Positions 1-7,882 of a DNA stretch of 36,498 nucleotides are shown in pieces. Numbering within the stretch: position 1 is the first letter of the stretch; the number at the start of each line of letters is the position of its first letter. This DNA comes from Gammaproteobacteria bacterium. Lineage in GTDB: Bacteria; Pseudomonadota; Gammaproteobacteria; SZUA-21. The notes below the pieces were generated by a model. That model saw only the letters and a list, made by a program, of their open reading frames with translations, had not been told where the DNA came from and did no database searches. The position numbers were made by a program, and so were the translations under genes. The stretch lies in assembly GCA_003233075.1 (NCBI GenBank), contig QIKQ01000056.1, positions 1 through 36,498 of the forward strand, in the 5' to 3' direction.

Positions 1-108
1 ATGGGTTTGTCAATGGTGCATGGTATTGTGCACGAGAATAATGGTCATATTCATGTCGAATCTGATCGACAATCTGGTACTATTTTTAAAAGTAACCGGT
101 CAAACTAG
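1..108 (+). pseudogene. C-terminal end of a sensor histidine kinase ATP-binding (HATPase_c) domain, truncated by IS insertion (gene begins upstream of window)
   Basis: Frame 1 reads GLSMVHGIVHENNGHIHVESDRQSGTIFK, the G2-box-to-end segment typical of HATPase_c. After codon AAA (88-90) the frame runs into the IS left end and stops at TAG 106-108. The ATG at 1-3 is an internal Met, not a start. Confidence 0.8.
84..91. repeat. Target-site duplication, left copy (TTTTAAAA)
   Basis: The identical 8-mer TTTTAAAA abuts the outer end of both IS inverted repeats (84-91 and 2472-2479). 8 bp is the TSD length expected for IS66-family elements. Confidence 0.9.
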
Positions 109-112
109 GCCG
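92..112. repeat. IS66 left terminal inverted repeat (IRL)
   Basis: GTAACCGGTCAAACTAGGCCG at 92-112 is the exact reverse complement of 2451-2471. Confidence 0.93.
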
Positions 113-172
113 TCATTTCCATTTTAAGCAATCCGTGTAACTGTTCTTCTCTCACTACAAGAGGAGATTACC

Positions 173-472
173 ATGCAATCCAATTCACTGAATAAACAAG
201 TCAAAGTTCGTCGAACAGAGGCGCAGTGGCAAGACATTATGTTGTCTTACAAAAAGAGTGGCCTGAGCCAGGAAGCCTTTTGTGCTCAACAAGCAATAGC
301 CACCAGTACTTTTCACAAATGGCGTCAACGTTTAGCGGCTGATAAATCACACGATAAAGCAATTTCTGAGTTTATTGAACTGACACCAGCCCAACCCAGC
401 AATTCGGGTGATTGGGATATCGAATTATCCTTGAGTTCGACGATCGTCCTGCGAATAAGGAAAATGAATTGA
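173..472 (+). CDS. tnpA: IS66 accessory protein TnpA (Orf1, HTH)
   Basis: 99-aa ORF, first gene of the IS. The R/W/Q-rich helix-turn-helix-like segment (LSQEAFCAQQAIATSTFHKWRQR) is typical of IS66 Orf1. Its stop overlaps the next start (ATTGA). Confidence 0.88.
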   Translation: MQSNSLNKQVKVRRTEAQWQDIMLSYKKSGLSQEAFCAQQAIATSTFHKWRQRLAADKSHDKAISEFIELTPAQPSNSGDWDIELSLSSTIVLRIRKMN

Positions 473-822
473 TCGCGCTTCGAGGTGATCTGCCGATTTG
501 GTTGTGTACTCAGGCCACCGACATGAGGCGTTCTTTTGATGGTTTGAGCGCACAAGTCAAACAGCTGTTGAATGAGAATCCACAAAGCGGTGCGCTGTTT
601 GTGTTTATTAATCGTCGTCGAACCCAATTGAAATGCTTATACTTTGAATCGGGTGGTTATTGCTTGTGGTCAAAACGCTTGGAACAAGATCAGTATGCGC
701 TGCCTCATCAGGCCAGTGAATTAAAAAAATCAATCCATCAAACCGAGTTAATGAGTTTGATTGAAGGCTTAGACTTGGAGATCAAAAACAAACGCAAACG
801 TTATAAAAAAGCGGTGTTATGA
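469..822 (+). CDS. tnpB: IS66 accessory protein TnpB (Orf2)
   Basis: Contains the IS66 Orf2 hallmark ...PIWLCTQATDMRRSFDGLSAQV.... The ORF track starts at ATG 412 inside tnpA. I prefer the in-frame TTG at 469-471, which overlaps the tnpA TGA and gives the usual MIAL... N-terminus. The start is uncertain. Confidence 0.85.
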   Translation: MIALRGDLPIWLCTQATDMRRSFDGLSAQVKQLLNENPQSGALFVFINRRRTQLKCLYFESGGYCLWSKRLEQDQYALPHQASELKKSIHQTELMSLIEGLDLEIKNKRKRYKKAVL

Positions 823-872
823 GTTGAATTCTGTTAGAATAATCGCGTTATCATTAGAAGGTTTTTATCGTT

Positions 873-2450
873 TTGACGCGCATTGTCACCCCGAAAGATC
901 AATCCACTACACTCTCGGTACACGAAGAGAATGCGGCCTTACGAGAACAGTTAAAAATCCAAACCGAACAAATCAAAGAGTTAAAACAACAACTCGATTG
1001 GTTTAAACGGCAACTGTTTGGAAACAAATCAGAGAAACGTTTAGAGATTGATACGTCACACCAAGCTGATCTATTGGCTGGCTTGGGCGTGGCCCCTCCC
1101 AGCCTTGATGACATTCCAACCGAACAAATAAGCTATGAGCGTCGCAAAAAACAACGCGATGCCAAGACCGTTAACGATACGGGACTGCGTTTCGATGACA
1201 GTGTGCCGATGGAAACGATTGAAGTTCCCAATGTGGAGTTAAACGATCTGTCCGCGGAAGATCTTGAGCAGATTGGTGAAAAAATCACTTACCGTTTAGC
1301 GCAACGCCCAGGCAGTTATGTGATTCTCAAATACGTGCGTCAAGTCGTTAAAGATAAATCCACCCAACTCTTGCACACCCCTGCGATGCCAGCCAATGTA
1401 CTGGAAAAGAGTGTGGCTGATGTGAGCTTTTTAGCGGGCATGTTGGTGGATAAGTTTTTATATCATCTGCCGTTGTATCGGCAACATCAACGCCTAGAAA
1501 ACTCAGGCATTACCTTGAGTCGCAGCACCTTGACGAACTTAAGCGGTCGTGCGATTGACTTATTATTACCGATTGTGGATGCGCAATTAGCGAACGTCTT
1601 GCTGAGTCGGGTTTTGGCGATGGATGAAACACCCATTAAGGCGGGACGTCGAGAAAAAGGCAAGCTGCATCAAGGCTATTTTTGGCCAGTTTACGGTGAG
1701 CAAAACGAAATTGTCTTTACCTATAATGCCAGTCGGAATCATTCTTGTGTGCCTGATATCCTGGGTGATTTTAGCGGCACCTTATTATCGGACGGCTATG
1801 CGGCTTATGAACGTTATGCGCAAAAACGAGAGGATGTGACTCACGCGCAATGTTGGTCGCATGCGCGGCGTTATTTTGAAGCCGCCTTAAAAGCAGAACC
1901 GCAAGCGAGCGAGGAAGCCCTGGCGTTGATCGGGACTCTCTACGTGCATGAAAAGAAAATACAGACGCGCAAGCTTAACAGCACTAAGAAGCTAGCCTAC
2001 CGGACGAAGCACAGTGAAGCGATTGTGAAATCCTTTTGGCATTGGTGTGAGCAACAATGCCATCGATCGGATTTATTACCAAAAGATCCCTTATCTAAAG
2101 CACTCAAATATGTGATGAATCGACGATTAAGTTTACAAGTATTTTTATCCGATCCGGATGTGCCGCTGGATACCAATCATTTAGAACGCGCGCTACGCGC
2201 AATTCCGATGGGAAGGCGCAACTGGCTTTTTTGTTGGACAGAGATTGGTGCCCAGCGGGTAGGCATTATTCAAAGTTTATTAGTAACCTGCAAACTACAG
2301 GGAGTTGATCCTTATACTTATCTGGTTGATGTCTTACAGCGTGTGGCTCAGCACCCCGCGAACCGAGTAATTGAACTCACCCCGAGAGTTTGGAAAAATA
2401 AGTTTGCTGACAATCCACTGCGTAGCGATTTGAAAGTGTTAGGTCAATAG
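873..2450 (+). CDS. tnpC: IS66-family transposase TnpC (DDE)
   Basis: 525 aa with an N-terminal coiled-coil/leucine-zipper-like segment (LREQLKIQTEQIKELKQQLDWFKRQLFG). Central LPLYRQ and DETPI motifs plus a CWSHARRYF segment are typical of IS66 transposases. TTG start. The stop at 2448-2450 abuts IRR. Confidence 0.95.
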   Translation: MTRIVTPKDQSTTLSVHEENAALREQLKIQTEQIKELKQQLDWFKRQLFGNKSEKRLEIDTSHQADLLAGLGVAPPSLDDIPTEQISYERRKKQRDAKTVNDTGLRFDDSVPMETIEVPNVELNDLSAEDLEQIGEKITYRLAQRPGSYVILKYVRQVVKDKSTQLLHTPAMPANVLEKSVADVSFLAGMLVDKFLYHLPLYRQHQRLENSGITLSRSTLTNLSGRAIDLLLPIVDAQLANVLLSRVLAMDETPIKAGRREKGKLHQGYFWPVYGEQNEIVFTYNASRNHSCVPDILGDFSGTLLSDGYAAYERYAQKREDVTHAQCWSHARRYFEAALKAEPQASEEALALIGTLYVHEKKIQTRKLNSTKKLAYRTKHSEAIVKSFWHWCEQQCHRSDLLPKDPLSKALKYVMNRRLSLQVFLSDPDVPLDTNHLERALRAIPMGRRNWLFCWTEIGAQRVGIIQSLLVTCKLQGVDPYTYLVDVLQRVAQHPANRVIELTPRVWKNKFADNPLRSDLKVLGQ

Positions 2451-2471
2451 CGGCCTAGTTTGACCGGTTAC
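2451..2471. repeat. IS66 right terminal inverted repeat (IRR)
   Basis: CGGCCTAGTTTGACCGGTTAC is the exact reverse complement of 92-112. Confidence 0.93.
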
Positions 2472-2479
2472 TTTTAAAA
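2472..2479. repeat. Target-site duplication, right copy (TTTTAAAA)
   Basis: Same 8-mer as 84-91, directly outside IRR. Confidence 0.9.
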
Positions 2480-2580
2480 TTCTTATTCCACCTATTAAAT
2501 TGGCTGAAGATCAGAATGAAAAATCTAACGATAAATTAAAAATAAGTACTTTCTCCGAGCTACGAGCTAGACAATTGTAA
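2472..2580 (+). pseudogene. Displaced 3' tail of the IS-interrupted histidine kinase
   Basis: Joining 91 to 2480 restores ...GGT ACT ATT TTT AAA ATT CTT ATT CCA CCT... = GTIFKILIPP (the GTxFxxxLP ending of HATPase_c). That frame continues to TAA 2578-2580. Confidence 0.8.
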
Positions 2581-2620
2581 CGTATTAGTAGTAGATGACG
2601 AAAAATCACTAGTCCATTTA

Positions 2621-2938
2621 ATGAAGGAATTACTAGAAACAATGGGGTGTAAGGTAAGCACCTATACTAACAGCAAAGAGGCTTGTGAATTTTTCCGGAG
2701 CAATCCAGATAAATTTGATGTTGTTATTACTGATCAAACTATGCCAATGATGACTGGTCTTGAAATGGCAAATATTATGGCTTCGTTGCGTCCAAAAATG
2801 CCAGTTATTCTTTGTTCAGGTTATAGTAATGGTTTAGAAGTTAAGTCAGGCAACAGCGAAAATATTAAAAGGGTTTTAATGAAGCCAATCGATCCAGACG
2901 AATTACGTAAACATATAAATGATTTAATGTTAAATTAG
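2621..2938 (+). CDS. Response-regulator receiver (REC) domain ORF, probably the C-terminal receiver of the disrupted hybrid kinase rather than an independent gene
   Basis: Contains FDVVITDQTMPMMTG (phospho-acceptor Asp region), ILCSGY and LMKP, which are REC signatures. The conserved beta1 segment NVLVVDDE lies upstream of the first ATG (open frame from 2546) with no ATG/GTG/TTG to start it. Confidence 0.7.
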   Translation: MKELLETMGCKVSTYTNSKEACEFFRSNPDKFDVVITDQTMPMMTGLEMANIMASLRPKMPVILCSGYSNGLEVKSGNSENIKRVLMKPIDPDELRKHINDLMLN

Positions 2939-3160
2939 AAATTCGGATCGAATTCTGATACCTTTGATAATCTAGACTAGATTAGCCTATTAAGCGTTGC
3001 TTATATAATTGACCGCAGATATATGATATAGATATACTGATAATGAGGTAATTCACTTGGTTTAATTGCGGTAGTGCTCGGACGTTGTAATCAGTTCTCA
3101 TGTATTACTTATAAGAAGTCACTTATATGCGGATATGAAGTTCCAGGAAAGGAAAAACGT

Positions 3161-3529
3161 ATGATAAAACTATTTAAGCAGTCCAGTTCAGAAAGAAAAA
3201 ACAGGGAGTTTATAAAAAAAAGTGAACAAGCACTTAACGAGAACTATGTTTTGAAAGCAACTTTAATTGATATTGAGCACGATAGTGATGAAGAGTCTAT
3301 ACGTTACGATGCGAGTCTCGTAAAGGTAGGCAAATTTTATAAATTAATGATTACCCAAAAGGACGATTCAGAAACAATTCGTTTTGACCAAAAAGATTTC
3401 GATTCTTGGGATAAAATTGATCATTATTTGCTAGCTGAAACGGGTTTTTTGATTACCGATTTCAAAAGAAAAAAAGTTGAAATAGTTAGCGCTGATAACG
3501 AGTTATTTGACCGAACTGAGTCTGAGTAA
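3161..3529 (+). CDS. Hypothetical protein (122 aa from ATG 3161; ORF track start 3074)
   Basis: Open frame with a purine-rich AGGAAAGGAAAAA just upstream of ATG 3161. I recognise no family. Confidence 0.5.
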   Translation: MIKLFKQSSSERKNREFIKKSEQALNENYVLKATLIDIEHDSDEESIRYDASLVKVGKFYKLMITQKDDSETIRFDQKDFDSWDKIDHYLLAETGFLITDFKRKKVEIVSADNELFDRTESE

Positions 3530-3561
3530 GTGTAAATCAACACGCTAAGAAATAAACTATT

Positions 3562-4125
3562 TTAATTATTTTTTAGTAAAATTTCTTGCGGGGATAAACT
3601 TTTTTTAATATTTTCAGCAATATCAAACATATTATCGAATCCCTTTAATCCTATGAGTTGACTATCTGTTTTAGTAATTATGAGTTCAATGCAAACATTA
3701 TTTTGTGATCTAATTTCCATGCACTTAATCTGATCTTTTTTTATTTCACTAAAACCATCCGGCCAATGATAGGTTAAGCTTTGGTTTTCTAGTACTACCT
3801 TATATTGTTTTACCTGATTTTCTTGCTTTCGATATTTTACTTTTAACCATACGGAGAAACTCGCTAATATTATTATTGGGGCAATCCAATATTGATTTCC
3901 CATAATATAGGATATTAGGAATAGGACTAACAGCGAGAGCACTATAATCATGAGCTTTGATTTGTTTTTGTCTCGCAAGTAATTAGGATCTAGTTGGTAT
4001 TCCATATTGAATTTAGGCCTTACTTCAATTTTTAAATACATTAATTTAGCAAGTAATGAGCATAACATAAGCAGAATTAGATTAGAAGTAGTGAAGACAA
4101 GTAGCCAAGATAAGTAGTCAGGCAC
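3562..4125 (-). CDS. Hypothetical membrane protein (3 predicted TM segments plus a small C-terminal soluble domain)
   Basis: 187 aa with hydrophobic stretches LSWLLVFTTSNLILLMLCSLLAKL, LMIIVLSLLVLFLISYI and WIAPIIILASFSVWL. It starts 38 bp downstream of the cheA stop on the same strand, so it is likely co-transcribed. Confidence 0.6.
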   Translation of the reverse strand: MPDYLSWLLVFTTSNLILLMLCSLLAKLMYLKIEVRPKFNMEYQLDPNYLRDKNKSKLMIIVLSLLVLFLISYIMGNQYWIAPIIILASFSVWLKVKYRKQENQVKQYKVVLENQSLTYHWPDGFSEIKKDQIKCMEIRSQNNVCIELIITKTDSQLIGLKGFDNMFDIAENIKKSLSPQEILLKNN

Positions 4126-4163
4126 ATGGTCATTCTATGTAGAGGTATCCTAAAAGTAAAAAA

Positions 4164-6362
4164 TCATAATGCTCGAAGTAAATTATTTGATTTGTTTTTT
4201 GAATCGTCTTCAGTGAAATCAAGGACTATTTGTTTAAGATTATTAAGGTTAAGAACGTACGCTATTGAGCCTGTATCTAGGACTGTAATACTATCGAATA
4301 AAAGATATTCTAATTCTAAGCTACTGGTGTGGGCTAAGCAAATATCAATCAGATTAATTATTTTATTAACGATAATAGCAAAGTTAATCCCGCCTTTAGA
4401 AATAATAATTATGTACTCTGTTTCTTTGCTTGTTGAGTTTGAAAACTGTGCAGGTGGTAATAAATTGGATAATCGGAGATAAGGATAAATTTCTTTATTA
4501 TGATTTATATAGCCCTGGGCATCAGTTATAGAGTTTTTGTAAGCAGTTCCAGGGAATGAATCCAGAATTGATTCTTGTTGGGTTAACAACAATGATTCAC
4601 CGACATTCACCAGTAAGTAAGGTGCTTCTGGTTTTTCGAGGGGAATACTTATTTGAAAAATCGTACCTCGATTCTCTTCCGAAAAAACCTTAATACTGCC
4701 GTGAAGTTCTCGAATGTTATTACGTACTACGTCTAGACCCACTCCGCGACCTGATAAATTAGTTGCCTCCTGGCAAGTAGTAAAGCCAGGTTCAAATATC
4801 AAGTTGAGTATTTCACTCGATGTTAAATTAACACTTTTATCAATAATTCCTATTTTTATGGCTCTACTCATGATTTCACTTTCACTAATTCCTTTGCCAT
4901 CATCTTGTATTTCGATTTGAATTTCACCTTTAACCCGTCTCGCTTTTAAGATAATGATTGCTTGGCTATTTTTTCCTTTCTTTAATCTTTCTTCACTCGA
5001 TTCTATGCCATGAGCAATTGCATTTCTAATTAGATGCAATAGTGGATCACAAATTTTGTCTAAGATAGACTTACTAATCCTGATTTCTTCGCCCTCAGTT
5101 TTAAGAACTATATTTTTATTATGCTTATGATTGGATTCGTATATAAGCCTTTTAAAGCGGCTAAACACTTCTTTAACATAGGTTGTATTTAACTGCTTCG
5201 CTTGATTTCGTATCTGAATAATTTGTTTAGTCACCGATTCGGAAAAGTTATCAAACTGATCAAGCTCAATTTGACCTGATCTTTGATTAACGGACCAGTA
5301 AACCATAAGCTCTTCAATTTGAAGTACGAGTGAGTCAAGTTTAGCCGGAGCAATGCGTAAACTTACAGAGTCAATTATTTCAATTTCTTTTATTTTGGCT
5401 TGTTTATCGAGTGCAGCTGAAATAATTTCAGGATGTACTAATTTTTGTTCTACCAATAGCTGACCTAGCGGCTGAATATTTGAATTATCAGTAATTGGAG
5501 TGCTTTGCTTTTCTGACTGGAACCTCAGGGTATCTTCCAATTCTTTTCGAGTTAAGGCTCCACTTGAGACTAATAGCTCTCCAATTCGAGTGTCATCTTC
5601 AGGTAGGGATTTTATAATTTGTGAATAATGTGAAATACTTGCACGAGGTGGTAACATGGCAATATATGAAATTTGGTTGATTGCTTCAAATACGTGCTCT
5701 AATTCTTGTCGAGCTAACTTAGTTTCAAAGTCAATCTCAAATCCTAAATAACATTGCAGAGGGTCAAATTGATTAAGATCAGGAAGTAAATCGTATATTG
5801 ATGTTATGTGTACTATAGTTCCGATTGAATTTAAATAATCAAAAAATTCCAATGGGTCTACATTCTGTTTAAATGTGTTAGTTTCAAATCGAATTGAAAA
5901 ATGCCAGTAATGTGAACTTACTGAGCTAGGATGCGCATCGGTTGCAGATTGTTTATCTACTTGTTGAATGTTGCTTGCATCGCATATGAAGTGATCTAAA
6001 GAGTTTTTAAGAAGGGAATTAAGTTGCTTAACATCTTGCTCTAATTCTTCTTCATCTATTGCTCGTTTAACTAGGAGACGGAGATGATCAGTACTGGATA
6101 AAAGTATTGAAACTAGGTTTTCGTCTAGTCGCAATGAATTATTTCGAATACATTCCAATAAGTTCTCTATGTGATTTGCGAAAGAGACTACTTGCTTGTA
6201 AGAAAATAGATTTGATGCACCTTTTAGTGTGTGTACGGCTCGAAATAGATCATTGATTAGTTTTTTCTTGTTTGGTTCCGATTGTACGGTTAACAAAGCA
6301 TCTTCCATGATCAATAGTAAATCATTACATTCTTGTTTATATGTTTCTTTTGGATGATTCAC
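4164..6362 (-). CDS. cheA: Chemotaxis-type histidine kinase CheA (Hpt, linker with MshEN-like motifs, dimerisation, HATPase_c, CheW-like)
   Basis: Hpt motif AVHTLKGAS, N-box HLIRNAIAHGIE, G1 DDGKGI, G2 GRGVGLDVV and a C-terminal CheW-like region. GTG start at 6360-6362. Confidence 0.9.
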   Translation of the reverse strand: MNHPKETYKQECNDLLLIMEDALLTVQSEPNKKKLINDLFRAVHTLKGASNLFSYKQVVSFANHIENLLECIRNNSLRLDENLVSILLSSTDHLRLLVKRAIDEEELEQDVKQLNSLLKNSLDHFICDASNIQQVDKQSATDAHPSSVSSHYWHFSIRFETNTFKQNVDPLEFFDYLNSIGTIVHITSIYDLLPDLNQFDPLQCYLGFEIDFETKLARQELEHVFEAINQISYIAMLPPRASISHYSQIIKSLPEDDTRIGELLVSSGALTRKELEDTLRFQSEKQSTPITDNSNIQPLGQLLVEQKLVHPEIISAALDKQAKIKEIEIIDSVSLRIAPAKLDSLVLQIEELMVYWSVNQRSGQIELDQFDNFSESVTKQIIQIRNQAKQLNTTYVKEVFSRFKRLIYESNHKHNKNIVLKTEGEEIRISKSILDKICDPLLHLIRNAIAHGIESSEERLKKGKNSQAIIILKARRVKGEIQIEIQDDGKGISESEIMSRAIKIGIIDKSVNLTSSEILNLIFEPGFTTCQEATNLSGRGVGLDVVRNNIRELHGSIKVFSEENRGTIFQISIPLEKPEAPYLLVNVGESLLLTQQESILDSFPGTAYKNSITDAQGYINHNKEIYPYLRLSNLLPPAQFSNSTSKETEYIIIISKGGINFAIIVNKIINLIDICLAHTSSLELEYLLFDSITVLDTGSIAYVLNLNNLKQIVLDFTEDDSKNKSNNLLRAL

Positions 6363-6720
6363 TACTATTGCCGTAAATAGCCGTCTGATAATATGTATGT
6401 CGTTTGTAAATATTTATATTCTATTGGAGTAATTTTTTCATTCATATTTGTAAGCTTATTCGTTTGCCAAAAGGCAGATCTGCTGTATAAAGTGATCTTT
6501 CCTAGTATGTATTTGCGGCTATACCCAAGAGATTCTTTAGAAAATAGAGTATTTTTGCGACTTATATTGGAGTAAGTATAGTCGTGAAGAATATTCTGCA
6601 TAATTGTCAGGTTATTGACCTAAGCTGTTTGCTTGGATTAAGTTATTGCGACTAAGCTAGCAATGGTCATTATTCTATATTATTATTACTTTGAATGTGG
6701 ACTTTTACATTTTCAGTAAG

Positions 6721-7347
6721 ATGATTGATGAGAAATTAAATATCGAAAATTTAACTCAAAAGTTAGCTTATTATTCAAAACAATATCTTGGCTCTGGGGA
6801 AGCGCCGAAAAATAATGCAGTTTTATGGCTAACGGGTTTATCTGGGTCGGGTAAAACGACAACAGCACTAAAATTACAAGAAGCAATTAGAAAATTGTCC
6901 TATAAAGTTTGTGTGCTCGACGGCGATGAAGTCAGAAAAAACTATACATCAGATCTTAGTTTCACAGATGAGGACAGAATTGAAAATATCAGGCGAGTTG
7001 CGCAGTTGAGCAATGCAATCGCGAGTCAAAATGCGATCGTTATAGTTGCCTTAATCAGTCCGTTTAAAGAAAATAGACTACTGGCTAGAGAAACAAATCA
7101 GGATAATGTATTTCTGGAAGTATATTGTAAGGCTCAATTAGAGCAGTGCGAGAAACGTGACCCGAAAGGCCTTTACAAAAAGGCGCGCTTAGGTGAAATT
7201 GCGTATTTTACTGGAATAGATTCTCGTTATGATGTTCCGCAAAACCCCAGTATTTCGCTTGATACGGTTAGAAGCAGCCCAAGTATAAATGCAGCTCGAT
7301 TAATAAACTTAATGGTCGAATGCAATATTATTAAAGCATTTAGTTAA
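6721..7347 (+). CDS. cysC: Adenylylsulfate (APS) kinase
   Basis: P-loop LTGLSGSGKTT, then LDGDEVRKN, DLSFTDEDRIENIRRVAQ and RDPKGLYKKARLGEIAYFTGIDSRYDVP, the canonical CysC pattern. The ORF track begins at TTG 6691. ATG 6721 gives a more typical length. Confidence 0.88.
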   Translation: MIDEKLNIENLTQKLAYYSKQYLGSGEAPKNNAVLWLTGLSGSGKTTTALKLQEAIRKLSYKVCVLDGDEVRKNYTSDLSFTDEDRIENIRRVAQLSNAIASQNAIVIVALISPFKENRLLARETNQDNVFLEVYCKAQLEQCEKRDPKGLYKKARLGEIAYFTGIDSRYDVPQNPSISLDTVRSSPSINAARLINLMVECNIIKAFS

Positions 7348-7696
7348 TTATTTTTGGAATTCTTTTTCTTTTTAAAATAGCAATCAGATATTTATTATTT
7401 TGATAAACTGTAATAACCTCCCAACCATTTTTTCCATGCCTGTTTAATTTTCTAATAAATTTTTTATTAAAACCACGCTTTATTTTTTGTGAGACCCATT
7501 TGTATTTCCATTTTGGCCTAACATATTTCGTTTTTTTGCTTGTTACAGCTTCTTGATGTTTATTTTCAGAATGTTTTTCTTCAGATTTTATATTTTCAGA
7601 TTGTTGATTTTCTGACTTTGGTTTTGACCAAACATGTGACGAGGCAAGTATTGCAACTATTGCTAGATTTATAAGTAGTGTTTTAGTAGAGGTCAT
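7340..7696 (-). CDS. Hypothetical secreted Lys-rich protein with a DUF4177-like C-terminus
   Basis: Has a signal-peptide-like N-terminus (LLINLAIVAILASSHVWS). The C-terminal GKNGWEVITVYQNNKYLIAILKRK resembles DUF4177 (assignment from memory). Its 3' end overlaps the cysC 3' end by 8 bp (convergent). Confidence 0.55.
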   Translation of the reverse strand: MTSTKTLLINLAIVAILASSHVWSKPKSENQQSENIKSEEKHSENKHQEAVTSKKTKYVRPKWKYKWVSQKIKRGFNKKFIRKLNRHGKNGWEVITVYQNNKYLIAILKRKRIPKIIN

Positions 7697-7882
7697 TGTT
7701 GCTCCCGGTTTGTCTAGCAGTAAAATATCAATGGTGATAAGCTTTAGGTGCTTCTAACTAATTAGATGTCATAGTCATTTAGCTAAAAAATAGTCGTAGA
7801 TTTGACTCTTGTCAATATGGCGGGGCTTAATATAATTAAAGAGAATAATTGCTATACGCTATTTTGTACTATTTTAATCTGT

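Larger units (their letters stand above)
92..2471 (+). mobile_element. IS66-family insertion sequence (2380 bp), tnpA-tnpB-tnpC organisation
   Basis: Three co-oriented ORFs show the IS66 architecture. The element is bounded by perfect 21-bp inverted repeats (GTAACCGGTCAAACTAGGCCG) and flanked by an 8-bp direct repeat. By eye it is visibly GC-richer than the flanks. Confidence 0.95.

Noticed and set aside
412-468. ORF-track ATG start for tnpB at 412
   Set aside because: It would overlap tnpA by 61 nt and add a non-conserved N-terminus. The in-frame TTG at 469, overlapping the tnpA stop, gives the usual IS66 Orf2 N-terminus. The upstream start remains possible.
325-627. 100-aa minus-strand ORF inside the IS66 tnpA/tnpB region, and similar antisense or alternate-frame ORFs at 824-1006, 899-1114 and 1624-1839
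   Set aside because: These are shadow ORFs. They lie wholly inside genes with clear IS66 family signatures and have no motifs of their own.
4126-4482. 118-aa plus-strand ORF (and 4714-4920) antisense to the 3' part of cheA
   Set aside because: It lies opposite a well-supported CheA coding region and has low-complexity, family-less sequence.
6365-6601. 78-aa minus-strand and 60-aa plus-strand ORFs in the cheA upstream spacer
   Set aside because: There is no SD and no recognisable family, and the sequence is AT-rich promoter-like DNA. The minus-strand ORF is in a different frame from cheA, so it is not an N-terminal extension.
7800-7840. Plus-strand sigma70-like promoter (TTGTCA, 16 nt, TATAAT) in the spacer 7697-7882
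   Set aside because: It points into the 3' end of the minus-strand plsC-type gene, with no plus-strand gene downstream. In AT-rich DNA this is likely a chance match.
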